DNA from: Clostridiales bacterium
GTDB lineage: Bacteria; Bacillota; Clostridia; Christensenellales; CAG-314
Length of the DNA stretch: 64,000 nt
NCBI GenBank assembly: GCA_022508345.1
Contig: JAFLVK010000002.1
Location: forward strand, 151,510-215,509
Direction: 5' to 3'
Shown here: in pieces, positions 1 to 9,037 of the stretch
Numbering within the stretch: position 1 is the stretch's first letter
How the letters are laid out: each line of letters starts with the position of its first letter
Position numbers and translations under genes: made by a program
Notes under the pieces: model-generated
What the model was told of the DNA's origin: nothing
Databases searched by the model: none
Seen by the model: the letters and a program-made list of their open reading frames with translations, nothing else

Positions 1-364
1 AGATTAGCGCTCGCAAAAACATCTCTCGCGCCCTGAACAGTTTGCGGTACACCGTCGAACGGGAAATATGGTACTTTTTCGCCAGTTCCTCTTTGGATGT
101 ATTTTTGAAATAAACCGTTGCAAGCAATGCGCTGTATCCCTTGGGGAGCATGAGCAATGCTTTTTCCACCGCGTTGTAAAATGCAAGGCACTCGTCAATC
201 TGCGCGGATATATTTGATATCGCTTCCACCTGCCCCATCGTACCGTTACGCCAATTAAATGTGTCGTAGGATTTCATTGCAACAAGCGTCAACTGTTTTG
301 AAAGAATATTGGCTGTTTTTTTCATGCGAACAGCGTTTTTTAACATTAGTAATTCGTAATTCAT
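1..364 (-). CDS. Sigma-70 region-4-like / HTH DNA-binding protein, 3' end runs off the window; not in the ORF track
   Basis: Manual translation from ATG 364: MNYELLMLKNAVRMKK...ALLMLPKGYSALLATVYFKNTSKEELAKKYHISRSTVYRKLFRAREMF. The C-terminal part fits the sigma4 HTH pattern. RBS GGGGGTGAG lies upstream. Confidence 0.7.
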   Translation of the reverse strand, partial: MNYELLMLKNAVRMKKTANILSKQLTLVAMKSYDTFNWRNGTMGQVEAISNISAQIDECLAFYNAVEKALLMLPKGYSALLATVYFKNTSKEELAKKYHISRSTVYRKLFRAREMFLRALI

Positions 365-390
365 TTTGCTCACCCCCTTTTTGGATATGT

Positions 391-404
391 CGAACATTTG
401 TTCT
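391..404. promoter_or_regulatory. LexA (Cheo/SOS) box
   Basis: CGAACATTTGTTCT matches the Firmicute consensus CGAAC-N4-GTTCG; it sits between the promoter and RBS of the gene starting at 364. Confidence 0.75.
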
Positions 405-412
405 ATTTGCGA

Positions 413-450
413 ATATGATATCACATTAAATATGACAACAGTTTGTCAGT
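413..450 (-). promoter_or_regulatory. Promoter with TGACA-N6-TGTCA palindrome (putative WYL box) and extended -10
   Basis: Minus strand ACTGACAAACTGTTGTCATATTTAATGTGATATCATAT; 30/38 identical to 23853-23890. Confidence 0.6.
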
Positions 451-697
451 TTTTCGGAAATTTTACTGTTATTTTTATAAATATTTTTTAAAATTTTGCT
501 TAACTTTTCGAACGGAAAATAGGTATATAAAATTTACAAATATAGGAAAATATAGATAATAATTAAATATATTGTTATATTTTGATGTAAACTGTTGAAA
601 ATTAGTCTTTGTTTTGGTATAATGTATAATACCTATTTATGTGATGTTAATCGCAACACCACTGTACACAAGCTCATTACAATCCAACGAGGAACAC

Positions 698-2491
698 ATG
701 AAAAAATTACTTGGTATTTGCATATGTATACTGTTAATTTGCGCAGCAATTGTCCCGACGGTTGTTTTTGCAGAAACATATACGACGGATGATATAATTC
801 ATTTTATGAGCCCCACTGCTTTGACAGTTGAGGGTGACTCTCTTTATGTTGCTGATAACATTGAAGACGGAAAAGGCGTAATACATATTTTTGATTTATC
901 CGCAAACACCCCTCGCTACGTTAACACCATGGAACTGAATACAAATATTTCCAATATTTCCATTTCAGAAGGCGTTTTGTATGCGATGGCGGGTAGCAGA
1001 GTTTTTGAAATAACAGTCGCAACCAATAAAATTACAGAATTGGAATTAGAAAAGTCATTAGGTTCAATAGTTGACGTTGCTGTTTACAAGAACAGTCTCA
1101 TTTTATTTGCAGAAACAGGATTGTATATAAATGGCGCAGGATATGCTGACCAAGCCACGAAAAACGCTATTGCTTGCGTTGCTTCAGGCGAATACGTATA
1201 TTATCTGTACGGACAAAATTCCAACAGCGCGCAACGCCGCAAACAATCTTCCGGCGGACTTACAGCAGAGGCCAATGATCGTTTCAATGACAATCTCCAA
1301 TGGAGTTCAGGGTTTGCTGCAATAGGTATGTTTGCTTGGGATAACAATGAAGTTGCTATATTTGGCGAGCACACTATTTACTACTCAGTAAATGCAGGTT
1401 CTCAGTACAATTTGGACCAACTGGTAACATTTGACGATTTCGTTATCAGGGATGCGGACATGGCAAACAACAGGTTGTACGTACTAACACGTAATAATCA
1501 GGTTAAGATATACGGTATAGGCGAAAACAACAACCTAACGGATCTTGACATCACTATCGGCAGTGATACACTCAATCAAGATGTTCCTACTGAATACACA
1601 TCATTTACATTGGTAAAAAGCCAGGGCTACCCCACCAATATCGTATTCAAAACAACGGGCGACAACAGTATTGTTGATATAATCACCGACGCAACCGAAT
1701 ACATTGTAATCGGATATGACGGAGATGAGAACAGCAACTTCTACTACGTTTTGTTGGGCGACAAGTTCGGCTGGGTTAAAAAGAGCGAAAATGCCAGCTC
1801 CGTAGAAAAAGACGACAAGCTACAGGTTTTAAATACAAATGTAAGCGACGACAACTTTACTACCAGGGCGAAGTTTGTTTCCCTACATGCAGTGTATGTA
1901 TCACCGCTACCAAGACAATTCTTCTACGACAATGAAAATTACCGCAAGACATTCACTCAGTCGTCAAGCAACAGAATAGATGTTGTAGTATTGCAAAAAT
2001 TTAGCGAGGGCGACAAGGTTTGGTACTACGTTTCCTTCGAAGTGAACGGCGAACCACACAGCGGCTTTGTTCCCCAAGACGCACTTGGTCAATTTAACAT
2101 CTCGGGCAGCTTAGAGGGCGTTAGGGTTGTAGGACAACGCAAGGTTAACTCCACTCTATTCTCCACCGTAAAGGTGTACGACGAAACGATGACGGACAGC
2201 GCTTACGATTCCGACGGAAATCAAATCAAACCACTGACATCGGGTACACGCGTAACACTCATCAGGGAACAAGACGGCGTTGCATTTATCCAGATACAGT
2301 ACAACAACGGTAACGTCGCTTACGGATACGTTTATGCCGACCGCTTGATTGGCGAACACCAAATCACCACCAATGCCGCAGTTGGTATAACGCTGCTTTC
2401 CATTGCCGCAGCGCTAGGCGTAGCGCTCACGGTTGTACTCCTCAGGCGCAGACGTCGCAACAAAGGCACCACTGCCAGCAAGGAAAACTAA
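698..2491 (+). CDS. Secreted, membrane-anchored surface protein (beta-propeller-like N-terminus, SH3b-like C-terminal domains)
   Basis: Signal peptide MKKLLGICICILL...VFA; SH3-like motifs (KVWYYVSF..GFVP, AYGYVYADRL); C-terminal TM followed by RRRRR stop-transfer; RBS GAGG before 698. Confidence 0.65.
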   Translation: MKKLLGICICILLICAAIVPTVVFAETYTTDDIIHFMSPTALTVEGDSLYVADNIEDGKGVIHIFDLSANTPRYVNTMELNTNISNISISEGVLYAMAGSRVFEITVATNKITELELEKSLGSIVDVAVYKNSLILFAETGLYINGAGYADQATKNAIACVASGEYVYYLYGQNSNSAQRRKQSSGGLTAEANDRFNDNLQWSSGFAAIGMFAWDNNEVAIFGEHTIYYSVNAGSQYNLDQLVTFDDFVIRDADMANNRLYVLTRNNQVKIYGIGENNNLTDLDITIGSDTLNQDVPTEYTSFTLVKSQGYPTNIVFKTTGDNSIVDIITDATEYIVIGYDGDENSNFYYVLLGDKFGWVKKSENASSVEKDDKLQVLNTNVSDDNFTTRAKFVSLHAVYVSPLPRQFFYDNENYRKTFTQSSSNRIDVVVLQKFSEGDKVWYYVSFEVNGEPHSGFVPQDALGQFNISGSLEGVRVVGQRKVNSTLFSTVKVYDETMTDSAYDSDGNQIKPLTSGTRVTLIREQDGVAFIQIQYNNGNVAYGYVYADRLIGEHQITTNAAVGITLLSIAAALGVALTVVLLRRRRRNKGTTASKEN

Positions 2492-2505
2492 TTTTATTTG
2501 AACAA

Positions 2506-2541
2506 CAAAAAAGACTCTCCTGTAAACGGTGAGTCTTTTTC
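2506..2541. terminator. Bidirectional intrinsic terminator
   Basis: AAAAAAGACTC-N-GAGTCTTTTT hairpin between convergent genes. Confidence 0.7.
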
Positions 2542-2554
2542 TGTTTATTTCAAT

Positions 2555-3199
2555 TTATTTCAATTCATTCACTAACTTGGGTTCGTCGTCTGCCAGCACT
2601 GTTATCTTGCTTACCGACACCTCATATGCCGTGCGCGTTACTACCGTTTCGTCGTCAAGCTTCTTTTGGTAGTTGCGCGATTGCACACGCCCCACCACGT
2701 TTATGTGCTCGCCAACGGACAGCGACCCGGCAAAGCGCGCATTGCGTCCCCACACAATGCAGGGGATGTAATCGCTCTTGTTGTACTGGCGGTTGACAGC
2801 AATCAGTACGTCGCAAATCTCGCGGTTGAAGGGCGTTGTACGGTAAATTGGTGGCTTGCATATGTAACCCGTCAGCTCCAGCGTGTTGGGGTTTATCGTT
2901 TCGTCGTAAGGCAACACGTCGCGAACAAACACCGTCAGCATCAGCTTGCTCTTTTCCCCTACCGTCTTGTTGTAGCTGCGAAACTGTCCCGATACAGTTA
3001 CCATGTTGCCGTCGTGGAAAGTGTCGGACATCAGATGCTCGGAAACGGATATGGGCAGAAAGTCGTCCATACCGGAAAGCCGCTTGACGGACAGCGTTAC
3101 TTCGTAAAACTTTTCGCCGTAGATTTCGTGTGAGTAAACAGGCTCGCCCAAAACCGTGCCGGAAAGCGTAACACTGTTGTTGTGTAAATTTTCGCTCAT
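2555..3199 (-). CDS. ssb: Single-stranded DNA-binding protein, clostridial tandem double-OB type
   Basis: Two OB repeats: NNSVTLSG..GQFRSYN and NTLELTGYICK..DYIPCIVWGRNA..GRVQSRNY. Confidence 0.85.
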   Translation of the reverse strand: MSENLHNNSVTLSGTVLGEPVYSHEIYGEKFYEVTLSVKRLSGMDDFLPISVSEHLMSDTFHDGNMVTVSGQFRSYNKTVGEKSKLMLTVFVRDVLPYDETINPNTLELTGYICKPPIYRTTPFNREICDVLIAVNRQYNKSDYIPCIVWGRNARFAGSLSVGEHINVVGRVQSRNYQKKLDDETVVTRTAYEVSVSKITVLADDEPKLVNELK

Positions 3200-3247
3200 A
3201 GCTAAAACCTCTCTTGTGCTTTAATTTATTTCTATACTTTGATGCGG

Positions 3248-3997
3248 TTAAATTACGTTTGCCGCAGTTTTATCCAGTATTTGTTTGCCGGTGTTGTCGA
3301 TGTAGTAGTTGTCCTTGTATATCAGCTCGCCAATGGGGCAAAACGTAAGCCCCTTTAGCTTTAGCGCCTCAAATATTAGCGGCAACGCCTCGACAATGTG
3401 ATCGCTGTTGTTGTGGCAAAGTATTATATCCCCACTACCGGACTTTTGAACGCGCTCGGCAATTTCGCGGGCGGACAGTCCTTTCCAGTCCAAGCTGTCA
3501 ACGCTCCACTGTATTGTGTACAGCCCCAGCCCCTTGGCAACGCTTAGTAGCTGATTGTTGTAGTCGCCAAACGGCGGACGGAAAAGCGTAACAGGCTTGC
3601 CGGTGATTTCGAATATTTTTTTGCTGCTACTTGTCAGCTCTTCGCGAACCTGGGCTTCGCTTAGCTTGCTCATTTGAGGGTGCGTTGCGCTGTGTGTGCC
3701 TATCTCAAAGCCGCGTGAGGAAATTTCCGCAACCATCTCGGGATATTTGTCTATCCAAAAGCCCACCAAAAAGAAGGTCGCTTTCACGCCGTACTCGTCG
3801 CACACGTTCATTATCTCACGCGTTTTGTCTGCGCCCCAAGCGGCATCGAAGCTGATGGAAACGTAGTTGTCCTGTCGGTCCACGCTGTAAATGGGTACTT
3901 CGCGCTTGTTTGCAAATGCAGCGGCATATCCGCCCATGCCACACACAAGCAACACGCATATTAGCGTTACTGATACTGCAATCAATGTCTGTTTCAT
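3248..3997 (-). CDS. Polysaccharide deacetylase (NodB/PdaB-like)
   Basis: ISFDAAWG, HSATHP, FRPPFG, WSVDSLDW and IILCH motifs; N-terminal anchor. Confidence 0.9.
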   Translation of the reverse strand: MKQTLIAVSVTLICVLLVCGMGGYAAAFANKREVPIYSVDRQDNYVSISFDAAWGADKTREIMNVCDEYGVKATFFLVGFWIDKYPEMVAEISSRGFEIGTHSATHPQMSKLSEAQVREELTSSSKKIFEITGKPVTLFRPPFGDYNNQLLSVAKGLGLYTIQWSVDSLDWKGLSAREIAERVQKSGSGDIILCHNNSDHIVEALPLIFEALKLKGLTFCPIGELIYKDNYYIDNTGKQILDKTAANVI

Positions 3998-4216
3998 TTT
4001 ACCACACACTACTCTGTCGAAAATTAGCTTTAAAACTCAGTTTTTTACAATTATATTCACAAATTGTTGAAATAGAACAAAGGCTCGTGTATTCCGTCCA
4101 AAACGGCTTCCGCTACTATCGCAAATATTGAAAGAATACAGTGATATGTTAAGTGAAAATGAAATTGAAACTGTCCAAAAAATTTTGAATGAATTACAAT
4201 AACAAACGATAAGTAA

Positions 4217-4248
4217 AGAGGCTCGCCCTTATATTAGGGCGAGCCTTT
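4217..4248. terminator. Intrinsic terminator hairpin
   Basis: AGGCTCGCCCT-TATATT-AGGGCGAGCCT. Confidence 0.65.
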
Positions 4249-4279
4249 GTTAATTGAAAAAATAAAAAAAATATGAAGA

Positions 4280-4403
4280 TTTTAGGCGGCAGATGCGAGG
4301 CAGGCGAGGCGCGCGTGGCTTTTGCGAGGGAGTGTACTAAGAGTACATGACCGAGCAAAAACGCAAGCGCAACAAAGCATACCGTCGCATATCCCGTCTC
4401 AAA
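4280..4403. repeat. ERIC-like hairpin repeat, family A copy 1
   Basis: Termini TTTTAGGCGG / CCGTCTCAAA; core GGAGTGTAC-TAAGA-GTACATGACC; related copies at 13609, 24195 and 28221. Confidence 0.65.
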
Positions 4404-5339
4404 TCAATAGCCTTTTGAAAGGTCAACGACGTTGCGCGGCGGTTGTCCGTTAATGTAACCAAGTACGTTGTCCAGTACGTCCATGACGTATTTGTCGTGC
4501 CCGTCGGCAACCTGCATGGCTTTGTGCGGTGAAAGTAGCACGTTGTTTAGCTTCTCAAAATGCTTTTTCGACGGGAACAGCTTGGTTTCGCTTTTACTCT
4601 TCAATCGCCAGGTATCAATTGCCGCACCGGAAAGCTCTCCCTTTTCGAGGGATTGATAAAGTGCCTCCTCGTCGATACAGTTGCCTCGTCCCACGTTGAC
4701 TATGTATTTGCCCTTGAGGTGGGCAAATATTTCCGCATTGAACATATCGTTTGTTTCGGGTGTTTTGGGCAGGGACAAAATTAGCAAATCTGTCGCCTCG
4801 CACAGCTCTATCAGCGTGTCAACGGTGTTTATGTCCTCATACGTTTTGCCACGGCTCAATGTGTAGGTCTGTATTCCGTTAGCCTTCAGTAGTTTGTGTA
4901 TTTCCTTGCCGATACCGCCGTAACCGACCAAGCCCACCTTCATGTTGAACAGGCTCTTCCAGTTTAGCTGCGGCGACCAATTGCCTTGACGGAGATTTTT
5001 GTCAAACTCCACCACGCGCGCCGTCAATGCCAGTGCCAATGCAAAAGCATACTGCGCAATGTATGTGGAATTGGCATGCGAATTGCACAAGATTACCCCC
5101 ATGTCGCGCAATGTGTTCAACGCAAATTCGTCAACACCCGTTTTGTAGGTAAACACTGCTTTGAGTTTATTTGCCCATTTCAACTCCGCTTCACCCAGCT
5201 TTTTGCCGATAAATATGTCAACGTCCGTAAGGTCGTATCCGTCAAGCCCCACCACCGTGACGTTAGCAACTTCGTTTAGCGAACTGGCTAGCTTTTGAAA
5301 GGAGTCGTCCAGCTTGTCAACACTTAAAAGAATGTTCAT
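4404..5339 (-). CDS. D-isomer-specific 2-hydroxyacid dehydrogenase
   Basis: VGLVGYGGIG, VNVGRG, AAIDTW and LSPHKA motifs. Confidence 0.9.
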   Translation of the reverse strand: MNILLSVDKLDDSFQKLASSLNEVANVTVVGLDGYDLTDVDIFIGKKLGEAELKWANKLKAVFTYKTGVDEFALNTLRDMGVILCNSHANSTYIAQYAFALALALTARVVEFDKNLRQGNWSPQLNWKSLFNMKVGLVGYGGIGKEIHKLLKANGIQTYTLSRGKTYEDINTVDTLIELCEATDLLILSLPKTPETNDMFNAEIFAHLKGKYIVNVGRGNCIDEEALYQSLEKGELSGAAIDTWRLKSKSETKLFPSKKHFEKLNNVLLSPHKAMQVADGHDKYVMDVLDNVLGYINGQPPRNVVDLSKGY

Positions 5340-6301
5340 TGTTGTTCTCCCAGTAAATTTGCAAGCTTGTGTATTTCACGTTCGCTTGCGGTAAATGTAT
5401 CCCCTGCTTGCCGGTGCTTCAGCATAAAACCCGCAACGCCAAACAAAGTTGCCTTGCGCAAATCGTACCCAGCAAGCAACGCGTGCAGCATGCAACCGTC
5501 GAAAGCGTCGCCTCCACCTATCTTTTCCGACACAGGGAATGGGGTTTGCTTGAAAACATAATTTTCCAATCCGTTTGCGGTTTTGGCAAGTGCCTTTACC
5601 TGTACACTGTGCTCCGTTGCGCTAAGCACCTTGCGGTCGCGAAGAATAAGGTACTTGCAGGGTAGCCTGTCAAAAACCTCACTGTCGCTCATCTGTAAAA
5701 AGGTGTCAAGGTCCAGCGTACTTGCTAGCAAGATATCGGCGTAGCTTGCCGCTTCCACCAGGTGCTTGCGTGCCTCTTCTACGCTCCACAGCTTTACGCG
5801 ATAGTTGAAGTCGAAGCTTACCTTTACTCCGCGCAAACGGGCCTCTTTACACAGCCTGTGTGCAAGGGCGCGCGAGCTGTCGGACAACGCAAAGGAAATA
5901 CCGCTGACGTGGAACAGCTCCACGTCTTTAAAAATCTTGTCGAAGTCAAAGTCCTTTTCACTGAGCCTTGTAAACTCCGAATACTTCCTCAGATACAATA
6001 CGTTTGATCCACGCGATGCCGTGCCGTCCTCCACAAAGTACATGCCCAGCACATCACCACGCGTAAGCACATCGCTTGTATCTATATTGAAGCGATGCAG
6101 GTGTCTCACCACCGCCTGCCCTAGTTCCGTATCGGGCAAGCCTGTAAGGTACTTACAAGAATGTCCCAAGCCGGACATACATGCAAGCACGTTTGCTTCA
6201 GTACCGCCGTAACATGCGTCGAAAACCGTACTGTCGCAAATTCTGCCACTTGACGCGTGAAGCCGCATCATGATTTCCCCAAATGCCAAAATCTTTTTCA
6301 T
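5336..6301 (-). CDS. PfkB-family sugar kinase (KdgK-like)
   Basis: FGEIMMRL, GGTEANV, SFDFNYR and IGGGDAF motifs. Confidence 0.85.
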   Translation of the reverse strand: MKKILAFGEIMMRLHASSGRICDSTVFDACYGGTEANVLACMSGLGHSCKYLTGLPDTELGQAVVRHLHRFNIDTSDVLTRGDVLGMYFVEDGTASRGSNVLYLRKYSEFTRLSEKDFDFDKIFKDVELFHVSGISFALSDSSRALAHRLCKEARLRGVKVSFDFNYRVKLWSVEEARKHLVEAASYADILLASTLDLDTFLQMSDSEVFDRLPCKYLILRDRKVLSATEHSVQVKALAKTANGLENYVFKQTPFPVSEKIGGGDAFDGCMLHALLAGYDLRKATLFGVAGFMLKHRQAGDTFTASEREIHKLANLLGEQQ

Positions 6302-7812
6302 AATGGTAACCTATCCTTACATACGTTTGCGTAGTACAGACATGCCAACAGCGCCTCACCGCACTCACGCTTTATGCTGCCGTTGAAGCGGCATTTCATG
6401 CGGTACACGTTGCCGTCCATTGCCGAACTGAAGCGACTTACGCGCGGATAATACAGCCTTTTTACAAAGATAACGTCACGCGCCCTTACGCTCAACTCGT
6501 AGTGGTAATTGATGGCTATGTCACTGTATTTGATGAGGTAGTAATCGCTGTCCAGCTTGTCAACGGGCAGCTTGGGTAGGTCACGGCGGTCTATCATTTC
6601 GTCAGTGCTTGATGCAAGTTTTGCCTTTTCTTCCAAAAACTTGTCCAGCTGCTGTGCAGTCATATTAACGGTTACATAGAAATACATGTTCGGCTTGCCA
6701 CCCTCAAGCAGGTCGCGGGCAATGCCAAACAGGTTTTGCGACAGATTAAATCCCACAATGTCTCTTTCCGTCAGCCCAAAGTTGCTTTTTATCGTGCCGA
6801 GAATTATTTTCTTGAACACATCTTCGGCGTCGTCGGCAATGGTACCGTCCTCGTTGAAACATTTTATGTCCGTCTTTTTCATAGCAAGGGATATGGGCTG
6901 GGCAAACTTGTTCTTCCAGGTGGTTTTGCGGTAACCCCTTTTTTCAACAAGCAAATAACCGTCGCTGGTGAGTATTATTCCGTTGATACCAATTTGATTA
7001 CCAAGCTGCGACTCGTAGAGAGGCGAAACCGTCGCCCCACTTTCGAACACGTCACGAACGGACACAAGGTCGTTAAGCTTGTAATCCATGCAACGGTTGG
7101 TCACAAGCATATCGAAGTACTGGCTTCGCCCTGTCTTGAGCGTCAGCTTGTTGTCCGCAAAATCAATGTCGTTTAGGCGGATTGTTACACCGTTGCTAAC
7201 ACTACTGCCCTTGTGCGCTTCCATCAGTGCCAGGGCGTTGTCACGCACGAAACGTGGCAAGTCATACTTTTCGGCACTGTCCGCTATTGCAACCTTGGTG
7301 TCGCCCAGGATATTGGCGTACACGTTTACACTGGGAAGATACAGCTTGCCGTTCATGTATGCGTCAATGTCATTTTTGCGTGTTTTGTATGCGCCTGAAT
7401 GCTCATCTTTTTCGGGGTTAGCAGGTCTGCGCCTTTTTGCAGGAACCTTGTCCAAATACATGAACGCACCGTTAGGTGTGAAAAAGTTGGCGTTTTGCTG
7501 CGGTTCCGTTTTGTCGTGCCCCGAATATTTACACGTAATCTTGTGATGATCGTCTTCGATTTTCAAAGATTCCTCCAGCTTGTGACGTGTCCTGATGGCA
7601 ATGCTGGCAACCAGTAACGTAGCAATGGCTACCACCACAATGGAGATTGTATCGCCGCTGGTAACAAAATCTTTGACAATAGCCCAAAATGCTTCAAATG
7701 AAGAAAAACCTCCAGCCAAAGCAAGGATGCCGGCAATTACCAACAAAAGCCCGATAAGCTGCACCCAAAAATTAGAAAATAACTTTATGAGAACCTGCAA
7801 AAACTTTTTCAT
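6298..7812 (-). CDS. 2-TM membrane protein with degenerate Nudix-like C-terminal domain
   Basis: Two N-terminal hydrophobic helices; IGINGIILTSDGYLLVEKRG resembles the Nudix beta-strands; no canonical Nudix box. Confidence 0.5.
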   Translation of the reverse strand: MKKFLQVLIKLFSNFWVQLIGLLLVIAGILALAGGFSSFEAFWAIVKDFVTSGDTISIVVVAIATLLVASIAIRTRHKLEESLKIEDDHHKITCKYSGHDKTEPQQNANFFTPNGAFMYLDKVPAKRRRPANPEKDEHSGAYKTRKNDIDAYMNGKLYLPSVNVYANILGDTKVAIADSAEKYDLPRFVRDNALALMEAHKGSSVSNGVTIRLNDIDFADNKLTLKTGRSQYFDMLVTNRCMDYKLNDLVSVRDVFESGATVSPLYESQLGNQIGINGIILTSDGYLLVEKRGYRKTTWKNKFAQPISLAMKKTDIKCFNEDGTIADDAEDVFKKIILGTIKSNFGLTERDIVGFNLSQNLFGIARDLLEGGKPNMYFYVTVNMTAQQLDKFLEEKAKLASSTDEMIDRRDLPKLPVDKLDSDYYLIKYSDIAINYHYELSVRARDVIFVKRLYYPRVSRFSSAMDGNVYRMKCRFNGSIKRECGEALLACLYYANVCKDRLPL

Positions 7813-7917
7813 AGCTTCTCCTAGTTGTAATAATATTTAAGTTTATCATATAAGCGCAAAAACAGTCAATAGAAAAACGCTTGCCTTAATTATTCGTGAA
7901 AACTTGCTGTAAAATAA

Positions 7918-7946
7918 TTGACAAACTTGTGCGTAGGTGGTAATAT
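7918..7946 (+). promoter_or_regulatory. SigA promoter of tRNA-Asn
   Basis: TTGACA-17 nt-TAATAT with TG extension. Confidence 0.75.
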
Positions 7947-7964
7947 ACAAAGGCAATTGAATAT

Positions 7965-8039
7965 TCCTCGTTAGCTCAGCGGCAGAGCATCCGGCTGTTA
8001 ACCGGAGGGTCGTTGGTTCAAACCCAACACGGGGAGCCA
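7965..8039 (+). tRNA. tRNA-Asn(GTT)
   Basis: Acceptor stem TCCTCGT/ACGGGGA; anticodon arm TCCGG-CTGTTAA-CCGGA; GGTTCAAA T-loop; encoded CCA. Confidence 0.97.
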
Positions 8040-8040
8040 C

Positions 8041-8069
8041 AGCGTCTACAGTATGTAGGCGCTTTTTTT
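8041..8069 (+). terminator. tRNA terminator
   Basis: AGCGTCTACA-GTA-TGTAGGCGCT followed by a T-run. Confidence 0.75.
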
Positions 8070-8237
8070 ATACCGTGTTGTGTTTGAACGAGTTCTTGCC
8101 CACGCTTCGAGCATAGCTCTCGCGCGCTTTGGCTATCCAAGCCACACTGTGGCTTGTCTTACGCGTCGCGCCCAACACGCGGAGCCAAAAAAAGGAAGCT
8201 TTATTGATAGCTTCCCTTATTCATTGTTATGTGCGGT

Positions 8238-8768
8238 TCATTTAATTCCATATTTGGCGGCATAGTCGCAGACAATGTTTCTGAATTTTTCGTGCTTGAA
8301 GCTGTTTTTTACGTCCGTCAGGTCCACATATGCACCATTCATGATGTTTTGAATTGTCACCTCAGCAACAAACACTTCAAATATATAGTCGTCGGTAAAT
8401 GCGCCCTCTATTTCGGTATTCATTTTCTCGTTTATTCCACTAATTGCCGAGCGATAAAGCAAATTGTCCTTTCCAAGCAATTCGCCCATCTTTTTCAAGC
8501 AATTTATTCCTTGTATCATGTCGGACATGGCGATTTTACCCTTGTAGTTTATCGAAGCCTTGCCACCTGACAAAATACTGTCCACTGTTGTTTCCAATAC
8601 ATCTGCTAGGTCAAGCAAAATTGCAGTATCAGGCAGTGTTTCGCCACGTTCCCATTTACTCACGGCTTGAAATGTTACGGACAGGCGTTCCCCAAGCTCG
8701 TTTTGCGTAAGCCCCTTTGCCTTGCGTAGTTCGGCAATCACGTTGCCTACACTTTTTGTATCTATCAT
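8238..8768 (-). CDS. XRE-family HTH transcriptional regulator
   Basis: LRKAKGLTQNELGERLSVTFQAVSKWERGETLPD; RBS GAGGTG. Confidence 0.85.
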   Translation of the reverse strand: MIDTKSVGNVIAELRKAKGLTQNELGERLSVTFQAVSKWERGETLPDTAILLDLADVLETTVDSILSGGKASINYKGKIAMSDMIQGINCLKKMGELLGKDNLLYRSAISGINEKMNTEIEGAFTDDYIFEVFVAEVTIQNIMNGAYVDLTDVKNSFKHEKFRNIVCDYAAKYGIK

Positions 8769-9037
8769 AATGCACCTCACTATTATTTTTTGCGCTAGCA
8801 CTGATATTATTATAACCCGGCATCACAGCGTTTACAATAACTGCCTGTTTGAGTTAATTTGCAATTTTATAAATTGATAATTGAATATGTAACAAAATTG
8901 TTTGCTAAAATATTATAATAAACTAGCAAAATTATTATTTTTTTATAAATTACGTTCAAATAATTGGTAAAAAACGTAAATATATGGTAAAATAAACAAT
9001 AAACAATCTTTTTTACGGTAACAAAGAGGTAAAAAAC

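Noticed and set aside
4071-4202. Protein-like open stretch ending LKEYSDMLSENEIETVQKILNELQ, and a degenerate LexA-like site AGAACAAAGGCTCG
   Set aside because: No supported start or RBS, so at most a gene remnant; the site deviates in a core position.
7846-8040. 64-aa ORF MAPRVGFEPTT...
   Set aside because: Typical antisense translation of a tRNA.
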